Origin: Lytechinus pictus
Taxonomy: Eukaryota
NCBI RefSeq assembly: GCF_037042905.1
Contig: NC_087252.1
Span: 2,730,001-2,794,000, forward strand
Length of the DNA stretch: 64,000 nucleotides
Direction of reading: 5' to 3'
Shown: positions 42,179 through 53,642 of the stretch, piece after piece
Layout: the number at the start of each line of letters is the position of its first letter
How positions within the stretch are numbered: position 1 is the first letter of the stretch
Position numbers and translations under genes: made by a program
Notes under the pieces: generated by a model
What the model was told of the DNA's origin: nothing
What the model saw: the letters and a program-made list of their open reading frames with translations, nothing else
Database searches by the model: none

Positions 42179-42629
42179 CGCCGTGTTTACACTTAATCGA
42201 CAATTGGTTCTGAACCAAATGCCGATGCAGAATCGGCATTTGGATTGCGTTTACACGTTGTTACAGCTCGCGGTTCAGAACCGCGAGCCGATGCAAAAAC
42301 CTGAAATGATACGCATACCTACAATATACGTCATAATAAAGACAACGCTGGATCAGTGCGCTTACAATTACGTCACAATGGTACAGTAATTGAAATGCGC
42401 ACAAATTGCCGGTGCAGAATCGGCTTTCTGTTTACACGTAGTAAAAAAGCCGATTCTGCATCGGCTCGCGGTTCAGAACCTATTACTTTGGTGGAGCAAA
42501 TTGCCGTTTCTGAACCGCGAGCCGATTCAAGTTGCTCGCGTTTACACGCTATGAAAAAGCCGATGCTGAATCGGCTCGCGGTTCAGAACCGCGAGCCGAT
42601 TCAAATGCCGATTAAGTGTAAACACGGTA
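42179..42629. mobile_element. Harbinger-like MITE with internal palindromic subrepeats
   Basis: CCGTGTTTACACTTAATCG...CGATTAAGTGTAAACACGG; repeated GGCTCGCGGTTCAGAACCGCGAGCC palindromes. Confidence 0.85.
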
Positions 42630-42787
42630 TTAAAGGGACAGAATAGTTTTCGCACTGGGAGAATGAGAAAGCAATTAATTCACTTCGCAGTCCTAAAATT
42701 GCCGAAGCCCCTCAGAATAGTATTTCCGTCATCACAGCAAAATGCTATTAATCATGTTTGATTGAGGATCATCCAGAATATTGCATT

Positions 42788-43195
42788 GGTTTATTTCCAA
42801 TTAGTCTAATGCCAATTCGTCTAATTACCAACTCGTCTATTATCATTTGGTCTATCACCGATTCGTCCACCATCCAAATGGTCTAGTTGCAAATTCGTCC
42901 ACTCACCATTTCGTCTAATGACCAGTTGGTCCAATAGCCACTAATTTTAGTCCATAAACCATTTGGTCTAATTTGATAAGTGTTAATTGGGCGAAATGAA
43001 TGAAAAGAAAATAGGTATTAGACCAACTGGTTATTAGACGAAATGATTATAGACGAACTGGTGATAAGACGAAGTGATTATTGGACCAAATGGTTGTTAG
43101 ACGAATTGTTGATCGACGGAATGGCATTAGACTAAATACAGGTAGACTATGTGGTGAGTGGACGTGTTGGCAGTAGACGAATTGGCCATTTTACT
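42788..43195. mobile_element. Family D MITE copy 3
   Basis: Starts GGTTTATTTCCAATT like the 22021 copy and is colinear with it. Confidence 0.85.
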
Positions 43196-43205
43196 ATATT
43201 GCATT

Positions 43206-43381
43206 CACAGGCGGATCTAGGATTTTTTAAGGAGGGAGCATTAATATTTTGTACAGAAAAAAAGTATTTTAACAAGCAAGGAAAAAACCTGAGTATGTAC
43301 GACATTTTGCACTATTTTCTTTTCTATGGCACTCAAGGGGTGGGCACGGGCTGGATATGCCCCAAACTGGATCCGCCACTG
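43206..43381. mobile_element. hAT-like MITE
   Basis: GGCGGATCTAG...CTGGATCCGCCACTG termini, the same type as 7241-7477. Confidence 0.65.
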
Positions 43382-45350
43382 ATTCACTGATTACATTGAT
43401 TTTCATTACAATATCTTAAGTGATATTGAGGATTCCTCCGCAAGCAATTCGCGAGGAGATCACTGAGTGTCCACTGGGTTTTAAGATAATCCCCGCTCTT
43501 ATTCAAGTTACAAGTTGAAGATAATTAATATTGCCTTAATTATGGCTATAGTCGGAAATACAACCTACCTCCTGAGAATACAAAAGCCAAAAATGTCCGC
43601 CCTTGAGGGGTTACTTACATTTGCCCATTGTCCTGTAAATTATTGATAATTAGCAAGCACGACACACGAGGAAGACCATGACTTTGAGTTCATCAGAACT
43701 GTGTCTAACGGGTATGGACCTATGTCTTCCGCAGCACTTGGCGTCGGTATGTTACGATTGGACGCGGGAGGGTTATCAATGAAAAAATTCATTGCTATAT
43801 TGTTTTAATCATAATTATGATTTACCTCTTTCACTAGGCATTTAAAAAACATAAACATTGATTTTGTTTATGTCATGTCCTCGAATACCATATCTATGGC
43901 AAATATCAAGAAAGGGTCCACTGATGTAATCAACAGAAAGAGATAGGAAAAAATATCTCTATGGAGATTTTAATATTTCGAATGTTTCTATCATTGGAAT
44001 ACCTCACATATTATTATACCTTTGCGAATTTCAAAATGAGGTACCTGACTTTGTTTACTTGAAGAAAAACAAAGACATCGAATACAATAATCTCTGAAAG
44101 TTATGGTTGAGAGGAACAATAGTGCACGCGGGTAACTCGCAACAAGAGTAAATGATGATTGAGCACTTGCTTGTGATTTGGTTTAGTTATTACAAAACCT
44201 TTGATCCAGCGAAAGAGAATAATGTGTAAACTGCCAAGGACCCTCGACTGGAGTTTATTGGCCTGGCTAAGAAGGAATGATGTAGTATTTAAGTGGGTAA
44301 TGGTATATGATTAACCACTGCCACATACCCTCTTGACTACGCGGCTTGTCAAGGGTGAATAGTACTTATTACTGCCCTTGATGATCTGTGATAATGAATA
44401 TACGAAATATACCGGTTATTCTGTGTGTGTCACTGAACGGAAATGAACTAATAAAATCCAGTTAACGACAATGATAGAGACACACCGATTTCTTTCTACA
44501 TCACGTGCAATAAAAAAATGGTAAAACCACCATCAAATTTACGAATTTTCTCCTCGCTGGTCCCATTGTGACGTTGATACGCTAATACTTCCAGTTGATT
44601 GGAATCGGATCCAACCTTTTTTATTTCAGAAAATCAGAAATACTTTGGAACATTCGCAAAATGAAAGATCAACATACCAAGGATAACCTCATTATAATTA
44701 ATCGAAACATATAGACCTATGTATCTGCAAAGCTGATTGCATGGTCATTATCGCAAAATTTGTAATCTATCCCCAAAATATGTTTTATAAATGACATAAC
44801 ACGATGATTCATATATAGCCCTAGTTGTTTAACAACTACTCATGGCAAGGGTAATACCTATATTTTTATTGTAGGAGTGGAAAATAAGATATTTTATTGT
44901 AGAAGTGGAAAATAGGATAATGTTGTCTTCTGTCTGTCTAAGTTACTAATTACGATCACGCCTTCATTATTCATTAAGAATTATCGAGATAGATCCGAAT
45001 CTCCTGATAGGCAACCGAGATATCAAGAAAATTACTTCGAAAACTAATTTACGCAAGGATGTTTTCTTTGATATTATTCCGCAAATCATGAATAAAAATT
45101 TAAAAAAAAATCAGATAACATCACATACAATAAAAAATGATATATCAGATTATGCCATAATTACAGGGCGAGAATAAAAATCAGATTGTAAAACTCAAAC
45201 TATCAAAAGACCTCTGTAATATTGAAGAAAAAAAAGATAACATTATCCAGGCCTACACTATAGTGAGCTGACCGTAAACTATGAAGAAAATTGAAATTAT
45301 ATTGAGATTGAATAAGAGGTCTAAACAGCAGGAAAAGAGAAAGTGCATAG

Positions 45351-46482
45351 TATACAGATAGCGAATAGGCATGAGTGCGATGGTGCGAGATTTTGCATGA
45401 GGTGAAAGAAAGATGCTCTATTCAACGAGGCGTGAGCCGAGTTGAATAGAGCGTCTCTTTCTTTCACCGAATGCAAAATCTCGCACCATTGCACGAATAA
45501 GAATATTCGCTATTTGTGTTGTACAACGCCTCGGAATTTAGCGAAAATATGAAAAAACAAAGTTTATCCCTATAGTAATCTATTAAAAGGGAGCTAAAAT
45601 ACCGAAAGCCGAAAGCAAAATCCCACAAGCGCACATGACATTGGGCAGCCTTGCGCATTTAGCCAGCTGGCTTATACGCGTATTGTTCATTTTTACCGAG
45701 CGCAATGAATTAAATCGTATTGTGACGTCACCTCCTAAAGCCGTGCAACGGTACATTTTGGACGGTACATTTTGGATGGTACGTCTTTTGTGCAACGGTA
45801 CGAATGTTTGACATTCAGCATCCCATTTGCTCGCGTACAACAAGCTAAGTAGGCGTTGTACAAATATACAAATAGCGAATAGGCATGAGTGCGATGGTGC
45901 GAGATTTTGCATGAGGTGAAAGAAAGATGCTCTATATTCAACGAGGCGTTAGCCGAGTTGAATAGAGCGTCTCTTTCTTTCACCGAATGCAAAATCTCGC
46001 ACCATTGCACGAATAAGAATATTCGCTATTTGTGTTGTACAACGCCTCGGAAGTTAGCGAAAATATGAAAAAACAAGAGTTTTTCCCTGCAGTAATCTAT
46101 GAAAAGGGAGCAAAAAAATTGAAAGCGAAAAGCAAAATCCCACAAGCGCACACGACCTTGGGCAGCAATGCGCATTGAGCCAGCAGGCTTGTACGCGTAT
46201 TGCACCTTATTTTACTGAGCGCAATGAATTAAATCGTATTGTGACGTCACCTCCCAAAGCCGTGCAACGGTACATTTTGGACGGTACATTTTGGATGGTA
46301 CGTCTTGTGTGCAACGGTACGAATGTTTGACATTCAGCCTCCCATTTGCTCGCGTACAACAAGCTAAGCAGGCGTTGTACAATACATTTTTGATGGTACG
46401 TCTTTTGTGCAACGGAACGAATGTTTGACAGTCAGCCTCCCATTTGCTCGCGTACAACAAGCTAAGTAGGCGTTGTACAATA
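45351..46482. mobile_element. Head-to-tail dimer (plus partial 3' duplication) of a ~515-bp element with split inverted repeats; Crypton/DIRS-like non-autonomous element
   Basis: Units start at 45351 and 45865. Each opens with a ~165-bp hairpin centred on CGAGGCGT(G/T)AGCCGAG and closes with AGGCGTTGTACAA; the last ~100 bp are repeated at 46385-46482. The repeat is certain, the superfamily is inferred. Confidence 0.75.
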
Positions 46483-46678
46483 CTAAATAACGAAGAAGTG
46501 TGACAAGGCAACTTTGATAACATGGAAGTAAATCATGATACAGCCAGCGGCGGTTATGAATCAACGGATTCTATGCTATTTCCACGAGATTCTCCTTTTC
46601 GAATAAAAATACAAGTAGTTTGCAGAGCGTCAGACTGTCGACAAATAACTTAATTAAGACATACCCTCAGTAGAAGTA

Positions 46679-46861
46679 CACTGCAAAAACACCGGTGTTG
46701 AAACAGCACCACTTCGGCTTTAAGCTAACACCATTTAAACACTCATCAGTGTTAGACCAATATCGGTTTGAATATTAACTGGTGTTGTTTCAACACTTCC
46801 CCGGTGAGTTCCAATAAGGATACCGGTCTGGTGTTAAATTGACACCGGTGTTTTTGCAGCG
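46679..46861. mobile_element. Family C MITE copy 2 (internally deleted)
   Basis: CACTGCAAAAACACCGGTGT...ACACCGGTGTTTTTGCAGCG. Confidence 0.85.
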
Positions 46862-47740
46862 GATCTACTCGTTCTTCATCTTTCTGTCTGTCCGTCCGTC
46901 TGTTCCAATTTTACGAACATCTTCCGTGAGCATGTCCATTATGCTAAAAGTGTAGTCACACCAACGAAACCGACTCCAGACCGATCAAAGCTATTGCATA
47001 AGTGAGCTAACGACACGTTAACCCTTCTCGATCACCCGAACCTATTTTCATTATCTCCTAGATTCTTAGGGTTTTTATTACTTGCCATGCAACATACACC
47101 TTGCTTGTTTGATCTCGGAATAAGACGTTAATGGTGGCAAGAAAGATATACTCACTATCTGCATTCGGGACATGGTACAAGCAATTAGAAAAATAGGGAG
47201 AGGGAAGAACGAGCGAGAAAAATTTCCCATTTAAACATGTTAAAAGGCCGCTCATTTTATTCCACCGTTACTTCTCTCCTCCCAATTTGATCTCCTATCG
47301 GAAACAAAAAAAGAGCGAAATTTCTTGTCCGTTTGGAATGGTAACATGATTGCGCATAGATGTATTAAATTTGAAACTAGCTATCAAAACGAAGTGATAT
47401 GTGTATTTGATTCTCTAAAAAAAAAAAAAATCTGCGCGTTCCGTAGCATATTCAATTAGATTTTACAATGGTATTTGAGTAGCAAATTAAAATGAAACAA
47501 GTAGCGATAGTATACGACGCAGACGGAATTGAAAGCGGATGTGGCGATGTAGGCATGGTAGAAGTATTAAGGAATATTAATTGGACGACAGATGACTGAC
47601 GTCATGCAATAAACGACAGGTAACGGATTTCTTATGAGACGACTAACAGCAGTCAACGGACGATGGAAGATAAAGGACAGGCAATGGAAGTCAAACCAGA
47701 CGATAGACGCCATACGACATACAGATACGACAGACATCAT

Positions 47741-47982
47741 CACTGCAAAAACTCCGGTGTTGATTTAACACCAGCCCGGAATCTATATATGTCCACACCA
47801 GAGAAGTATTGAAACAACACCAGTTTGGAATCAAACCGATGCTGTTTTAATACTAATTGGTGTTGTATAAACTCCTATCTGGTGTTAGACCAAAACGAAA
47901 GTGGTGTTGTTTAACACTTCTCTGGTGTGGACATATATAGATTCCGGGCTGGTGTTAAATCAACACCAGAGTTTTTGCAGTG
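47741..47982. mobile_element. Family C MITE copy 3
   Basis: CACTGCAAAAACTC...GAGTTTTTGCAGTG, ~80-bp near-perfect arms. Confidence 0.92.
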
Positions 47983-48073
47983 TACGACCTGACAAGACGA
48001 CTGACGCCACGCACAGGGACGGCATAAAATTATCTACCCATTCGGGCCGGATGAGCTAAAGATATCTCCTTAA

Positions 48074-48655
48074 AGGGATGGTCCGGGCTGAAGATATTTA
48101 TATTCTGATACATAGAGTAGAATTCACTGAGCAAAATGCCGAAAATTTCATCAAAATCGGATAACAAATAACAAAGTTATTGAATTTTAAAGTTTAGCAA
48201 TATTTTGTGAAAACAGTCGTCATGAATATTCATTAGGTGGGCTGATGATGTCACATCTCCACTTGCTCTTTTGTATTTTGTTAAATAAAATTAGGTTTAT
48301 TCAAATTTTTTCCTCCAAGAACTAGAAAAATTGGATAGACAACTGACTTAGTGCATTAGATATTTATTGCTGCAACTTATTTCATTATAAGGGAGACATA
48401 TTATTCACACAAGTATGAAATAATGAAAAAATTATGATTTTATGTAATAACATAAGAAAACGGAAAGTGGAGATGTGACATCATCAGCCCACCTCATGAA
48501 TATTCATGACGACTGCTTTCACAAAATATTGCTTAACTTTAAACTTCAATAACTTTATTATTTGTTATCCGATTTCGATGAAATTTTCGGCATTTTGCTC
48601 AGTGAATTCTACTCTATTTATTAAGCTATAAATATTTTCAGCCTGGAACATCCCT
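48074..48655. mobile_element. Kolobok/T2-like MITE, family B
   Basis: TTAA|AGGGATGGTCCGGGCTGAA...TTCAGCCTGGAACATCCCT|TTAA, ~190-bp inverted arms. Confidence 0.93.
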
Positions 48656-49267
48656 TTAACCATTTTAACTTCGTAGATCTTAATCAATCTTCTCCGTAAT
48701 CAGATCATTTTTGTTGCAAATGAATACTTTAATGTCAAGGGGATAATATTGACAGTTAGGGACTAACAAATATCAATTTACCTTTGTAAGTGCAGTGTCT
48801 ATTTTGGCCCCTTCTTCTCCATTAGAATGCACACTCGAGGGATAATCATCAAATAAGGGGATCACAATTGGACAAGTCAACATTCAGAGCTGTAACATAA
48901 AATGAAATAAAAAAAAGTGTACCATGATATTATGCCTATTCTACCATCATGCATTGACCATTTACTGATATAGACGTGTCGGAGGTATCAAATTATTGCA
49001 CCTCACCACTCTTCATGTTTTTATTCATAGCAAATTACTTGAGCGATAAAAAGATAGTCAGCACGTCATACTGCGAGGAGAAGAGGGACGAGATAAGAAA
49101 CATGCCATATGGATCACAAAGTAGGGGGGTGTGTTTTGTGGGAGTGGCCAATGTGCACAGAAGGCACTAAGCTTTAAAGTTGTTCATATATAGTAACGAA
49201 TGTTCCCCCAATCATGACGTAGGCCTACCTAGGATGCATCACTAATCTATGTTCTCAGAACCATGAC

Positions 49268-49452
49268 TAGTCTAGTCCTAGATGACGATTTTAACTGGAT
49301 TCTATTCGCCGACGCACTATACCATGCGTATACCAAGCCGATTGAACGCGCAGCGCCGAAAAACCTGTTTTGCGCGGTCCCTCGTCCGAGCGTGCGCACG
49401 GAATAGTACGTAGGCAAATATCACACATTTAAATTCGTCTAGAACTAGACTA
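49268..49452. mobile_element. 185-bp MITE with TAGTCTAG termini (Academ-like ends)
   Basis: TAGTCTAGTCCTAGATGA...TCGTCTAGAACTAGACTA; flanks GAC / AAC. Confidence 0.75.
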
Positions 49453-49733
49453 AACGATAGCGAGAACCGATACTACTTCGTTCGATATTATATCATGGAT
49501 ACCATCAACATGGAGTGCGGAAGAGCCCTACATGAGTATAAAGGGATGATGAGATAACTATTATTTTGTTTCATTGCTCACAGTTCCATCGTCAGGACGT
49601 GTCCCCATGTGCTTTAATTATGTTCATACTTCAAGCACATTCAGAGTGACATAACTTTCCAATTGCTCAATTTTCAACTAGAAGAAATTTGCCCATAATG
49701 CGTATCAACAAGCAATTCCAGGATCTTGTTTAA

Positions 49734-50339
49734 AGGTCAATTCCACCCCATACAAATGCTGATTTGAATGAATAGAGAAAAATCAAACTAGCACAATGCT
49801 GAAAATTTCATAAAAATCGGATGTAAAATAAGAAAGTTGTGACATTAGTTCTGCTTATTTTTCACAAAACAGTGATATGCACAACTCAGTGACATGCAAA
49901 TGAAACAGACGATGATGTCTACAATTCATTATTTCTTGTGTTTTTTCTTGTTTGAATTATACAATATTTCATTTTTTTACAGATTTCACAATAAGGACCA
50001 ACTTGACTTAACCATATAGTATCAAACAATGCTAATTCCACATGTTCAGGGAGGAATTGACCGTTGTTTTACTTGACGATGGGGAGAAAATTAGAATTTT
50101 TCATATTTCATATAATAAAATACACAATAAATAGTGAGTGGATGATGTCATTAGTAGCCTCATTTGCATACCGACCAGGATGTGCATAAATTATAACTGT
50201 TTTGTGAAATTAAGCGAAAATTTAAAATGCCATAACTTTCTTATTTTTACATCCGATTTCGATGAAATTTTCAGTGTTATGCTTGTTGGATTTTTCTCTT
50301 TTTATTCAAATCAACTTTTTGTTGGGGTGGACTTGTCCT
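49734..50339. mobile_element. Kolobok/T2-like MITE, family A copy 2
   Basis: TTAA|AGGTCAATTCCACCCCA...TGGGGTGGACTTGTCCT|TTAA; colinear with 15673-16282. Confidence 0.92.
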
Positions 50340-52116
50340 TTAACAATGCTCATTCGTAATTGTGTGTTCTAACAGATCAGGAAAGAATGACTCGATTGTA
50401 CTCGATTGAAAAATGATTAATTCTGAAAGGGAGATTCATTCAAATCTTTAACTGGAGATGCACTTTTGAAATAGAGAGGGAGAGCTTTATCATTTCTGAT
50501 CAACATGGACAGGTTTCTTGGCTAACTTAGGACGTGAACCTGAGGGACTAAAAATGATGTCATGTCTCCGCTTAGCCATTACCCTGATCAGACGCGGTTT
50601 CTCGCCCCGTTTATTCTGATTCTTCTACTTTCCCCCATCACGCATATGAACTGAGATGGGGAATATTTACGATATCCTCAATTGACAGCCATTTATCAGA
50701 GTCCTGCTTGGCTACCTCATCAAGCAAAGCGAAGTAAACATCATGGAGAACTGTTTTGCTCATTGGCTAATATTCGCCGTCCGTGGCAGGCAAGTCTTCT
50801 CGAAAATTACGGTTCAGGTCTGGGTTTGGGACCGATCTTATTAGTATTATTATTTTTTTTTTCATTTTTAGGTCAGACTCGGTCATGTAAAAGATGAAGC
50901 AACAGTTGATATCGACGTCATTAATGTGCATTAGGTGGGCTGATGATGTCATATCACCACTTGTTCTTTTGTATTTTACTATATGAAATTAGGTTTATTA
51001 AAAAATGTTCTGCCAAGAACAAAAGCAGTTGGATTGACAACTGATTAAGTGCATAAGTTCTTTATTGCTGCAAATTATTTCATCATAATAGAAACACATC
51101 ATTTAAAATTTATGAAAAAATGAAATAACATAAGAAAAAGGAAAGTGGGGCCCGATGCGACATCATTACCTCATAAAGACATGCCTATAACGGTTTCATC
51201 TGAATGATGCAAATCTTTAAATTCAATAACTTCATTATTTATTTTTACAAAGAACGATGTGCAAATTTCCTGTTGAACAATTATGACATTGATGGACTTC
51301 CATATATTTGAGGTTGATCGGATCAACCGTAACTCCATGTAATACGTGGCCCTGGTATGGTCAACATCAGCTAGTTGGTAGAATAAAAATACATACCAAA
51401 AGAAAAAAAATAAAACAAGCGCAACACTGAAAGGTTCATAAAAAACTCACAAAGTACTAGTATTAAGTGTGTATAGGCATAGCAAGAAAATAGCAATCTC
51501 ATTAGTTTCTAATTCCCCGCAGGACACTTTTAATTGGTATTTGGAAGGTCTTCTTGGCAATCAAACAACCTCGTCAATATTTTGAATGTTAGCAAACAAC
51601 CTTTTTTTCCTTTCTTTGGCAAATAATCACTCGAAAATATCTCAAGGAGTAGTGTAGATCTGGACGTTAGTACTTATTAATTTAGTTCAGAAACCCTTCA
51701 CTAACATGAACATGATGAAGGGAAGTGAAAAGACGGTGTGTGTATACTGTGTGGAATGGATATGTAAAGTTTTCCAAACAAATAACTACTAACGCCCAGC
51801 TCTAGAGTACTGAAGTAGCTCTGAAGTAAATTAATTATCTTCAGACTTTACTGTAGATGGTGATGAAAATGATAACAATAATTACATACAATTGTTGAAG
51901 TAGAGATAATGATGTATGTTTCATTATAGTATGGCGATCCTTAATTTCTGAAGATGATGAGGAGGGGGGGGGGGACCAAGAGCCTTATAAGTCATGCAAC
52001 ATTCTGCAGGTTCGCCACTCTTCTCTAACAGTTTACTCGGGACTGTCAGAGTTTCCTCAGTGTATATACTTGAATGAATCAACTCTTTCCATTTAGCTGT
52101 AAGTTTGCCAGAGTCC

Positions 52117-52490
52117 AATCTTTTGTGACCATCGAAATCCGTTCGACAACTTCGACCGAGGAGAAATTCGACTCCAACACATATACAAGTTTCGCATAAT
52201 CCGGTCTACAAAACGTCGAATCTTTTGTGACCACCGAAGTCCGTTGGACAACTTCGATCGAGGAGAAATTCGACTCCAACGCATATACGACAAGTTTCGC
52301 CTAATCCGGTCAACAAAACCTTGATTCTTTTGTTACCACCGAAGTTCGTTTGACAACTTCGACCGAGGAGAAATTCGACTCCTACACATATGACAAATTT
52401 CGCATAATCCGGTCTACAAACGTCGAATCTTTTGTGACCACCGAAGTACGTTCGACCATTCGACTTTCGAGAATTTCGACTCATATGACA
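52117..52490 (+). repeat. ~103-bp tandem repeat (~3.5 copies) upstream of GPCR copy 1
   Basis: A(A/T)TCTTTTGT(G/T)ACCA at 52117, 52219, 52324 and 52426. Confidence 0.92.
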
Positions 52491-52571
52491 TACGCTGTGC
52501 ATACTGGTAATCTGCATGAACTACGGTGATAATATTCGACTTCTGGAAGTTTTACTAGCTTACCTGTAGCT

Positions 52572-53642
52572 ATGATTAATAACACGACTGCGATTGCCGA
52601 AACGGAAGTGCCAATACATCCATCATGGTATATTGTGATCGCGTCTTTCTTCAGCTTGATCTCAGTCACTGGTCTTGTTGGAAACTGTTTGGTTCTTCTC
52701 GCCGTGGTACTCTCGGCTAGTCTACAAACCAAGATCAATGCATTTGTTGTTAACCTAGCAGTCTGCGACATGATCACATGCTTGTGCATCCCGAGCCAAG
52801 CCGTGGCCATCTTGTTTACAAGCGAACTCCCGATACCAGATAGTCTTCCAAACATCGTAGGGATCATCGTAACGGTTTCGCTGGATGGCACGATGCTAAC
52901 ACTCGCGATGATCGCTTTCATGAGGTGTGTAAAGATTACACAACCCGCGTCCGTATCCAATAAACTTCACACGAGGTCGAAAATTGCATCTATCATTATC
53001 TGTATCTGGGCCTTACCGGTTACGCTGAACATAACATTCCATTATCTGGGTATATTGCACTTTGGTTATGACCCGGAAACAAAACTTTATCGACTTACTA
53101 GTGAAGTTTCTAGTAAAATTGGACCATTGATTGTATGCTACATAGCCGATGCAACAATTGTAACCATATCTCTTTCCTTCATATCCATTTGTTATATCAA
53201 AATAATTCTTCAGCTCAGAGCGCACTCAAGAAGGATAATGGCGAACGTAGAGGGAGCTCCACAACGTCAGATGCAGGACATGGGGCATCAACATGATCTT
53301 CAAGGAAGCCGGCAAGCTCAGGAGAATCATGCACCGGCGATGAGGCAAGAACGACGTAACCGAATAAGGGACCACGAGCTTTCCACCACAAAGAACCTGG
53401 CACTGGTAACCTTGGTATTCCTCCTCTGTTTTCTACCCTTTCCCTTCTGCATCAACAGTTTGAACCCATATCTTTACACCGTTGGTCTGTGCTTGGTTTG
53501 GAGCAACTCTGCAATGAACCCGCTGATATACGCTTTCAAACACACCCATTTTCGGACGGTGTTTCGATGCATTTTATCCGGGTCCTTCGATAAGATTCCA
53601 TATCCATCCCGTCAATTGCGGTCAATGATGCGACGTCATTGA
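52572..53642 (+). CDS. Intronless class A (rhodopsin-family) GPCR, 356 aa, orphan
   Basis: Seven hydrophobic segments; TM1 GN, TM2 NLAVCD, TM3 end AFMRC, TM4 W, TM6 CFLP, TM7 NSAMNPLIY, helix 8 FRTVF; N-terminal NNT/NTT sequons. Confidence 0.95.
   Translation: MINNTTAIAETEVPIHPSWYIVIASFFSLISVTGLVGNCLVLLAVVLSASLQTKINAFVVNLAVCDMITCLCIPSQAVAILFTSELPIPDSLPNIVGIIVTVSLDGTMLTLAMIAFMRCVKITQPASVSNKLHTRSKIASIIICIWALPVTLNITFHYLGILHFGYDPETKLYRLTSEVSSKIGPLIVCYIADATIVTISLSFISICYIKIILQLRAHSRRIMANVEGAPQRQMQDMGHQHDLQGSRQAQENHAPAMRQERRNRIRDHELSTTKNLALVTLVFLLCFLPFPFCINSLNPYLYTVGLCLVWSNSAMNPLIYAFKHTHFRTVFRCILSGSFDKIPYPSRQLRSMMRRH

Noticed and set aside
52117..52490. CRISPR-like array
   Set aside because: Whole units repeat with no unique spacers, the context is eukaryotic, and there are no cas genes.
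52481..52960. 159-aa antisense ORF (and its copy at 58873-59352)
   Set aside because: Shadow of the GPCR coding strand with no recognisable domain.
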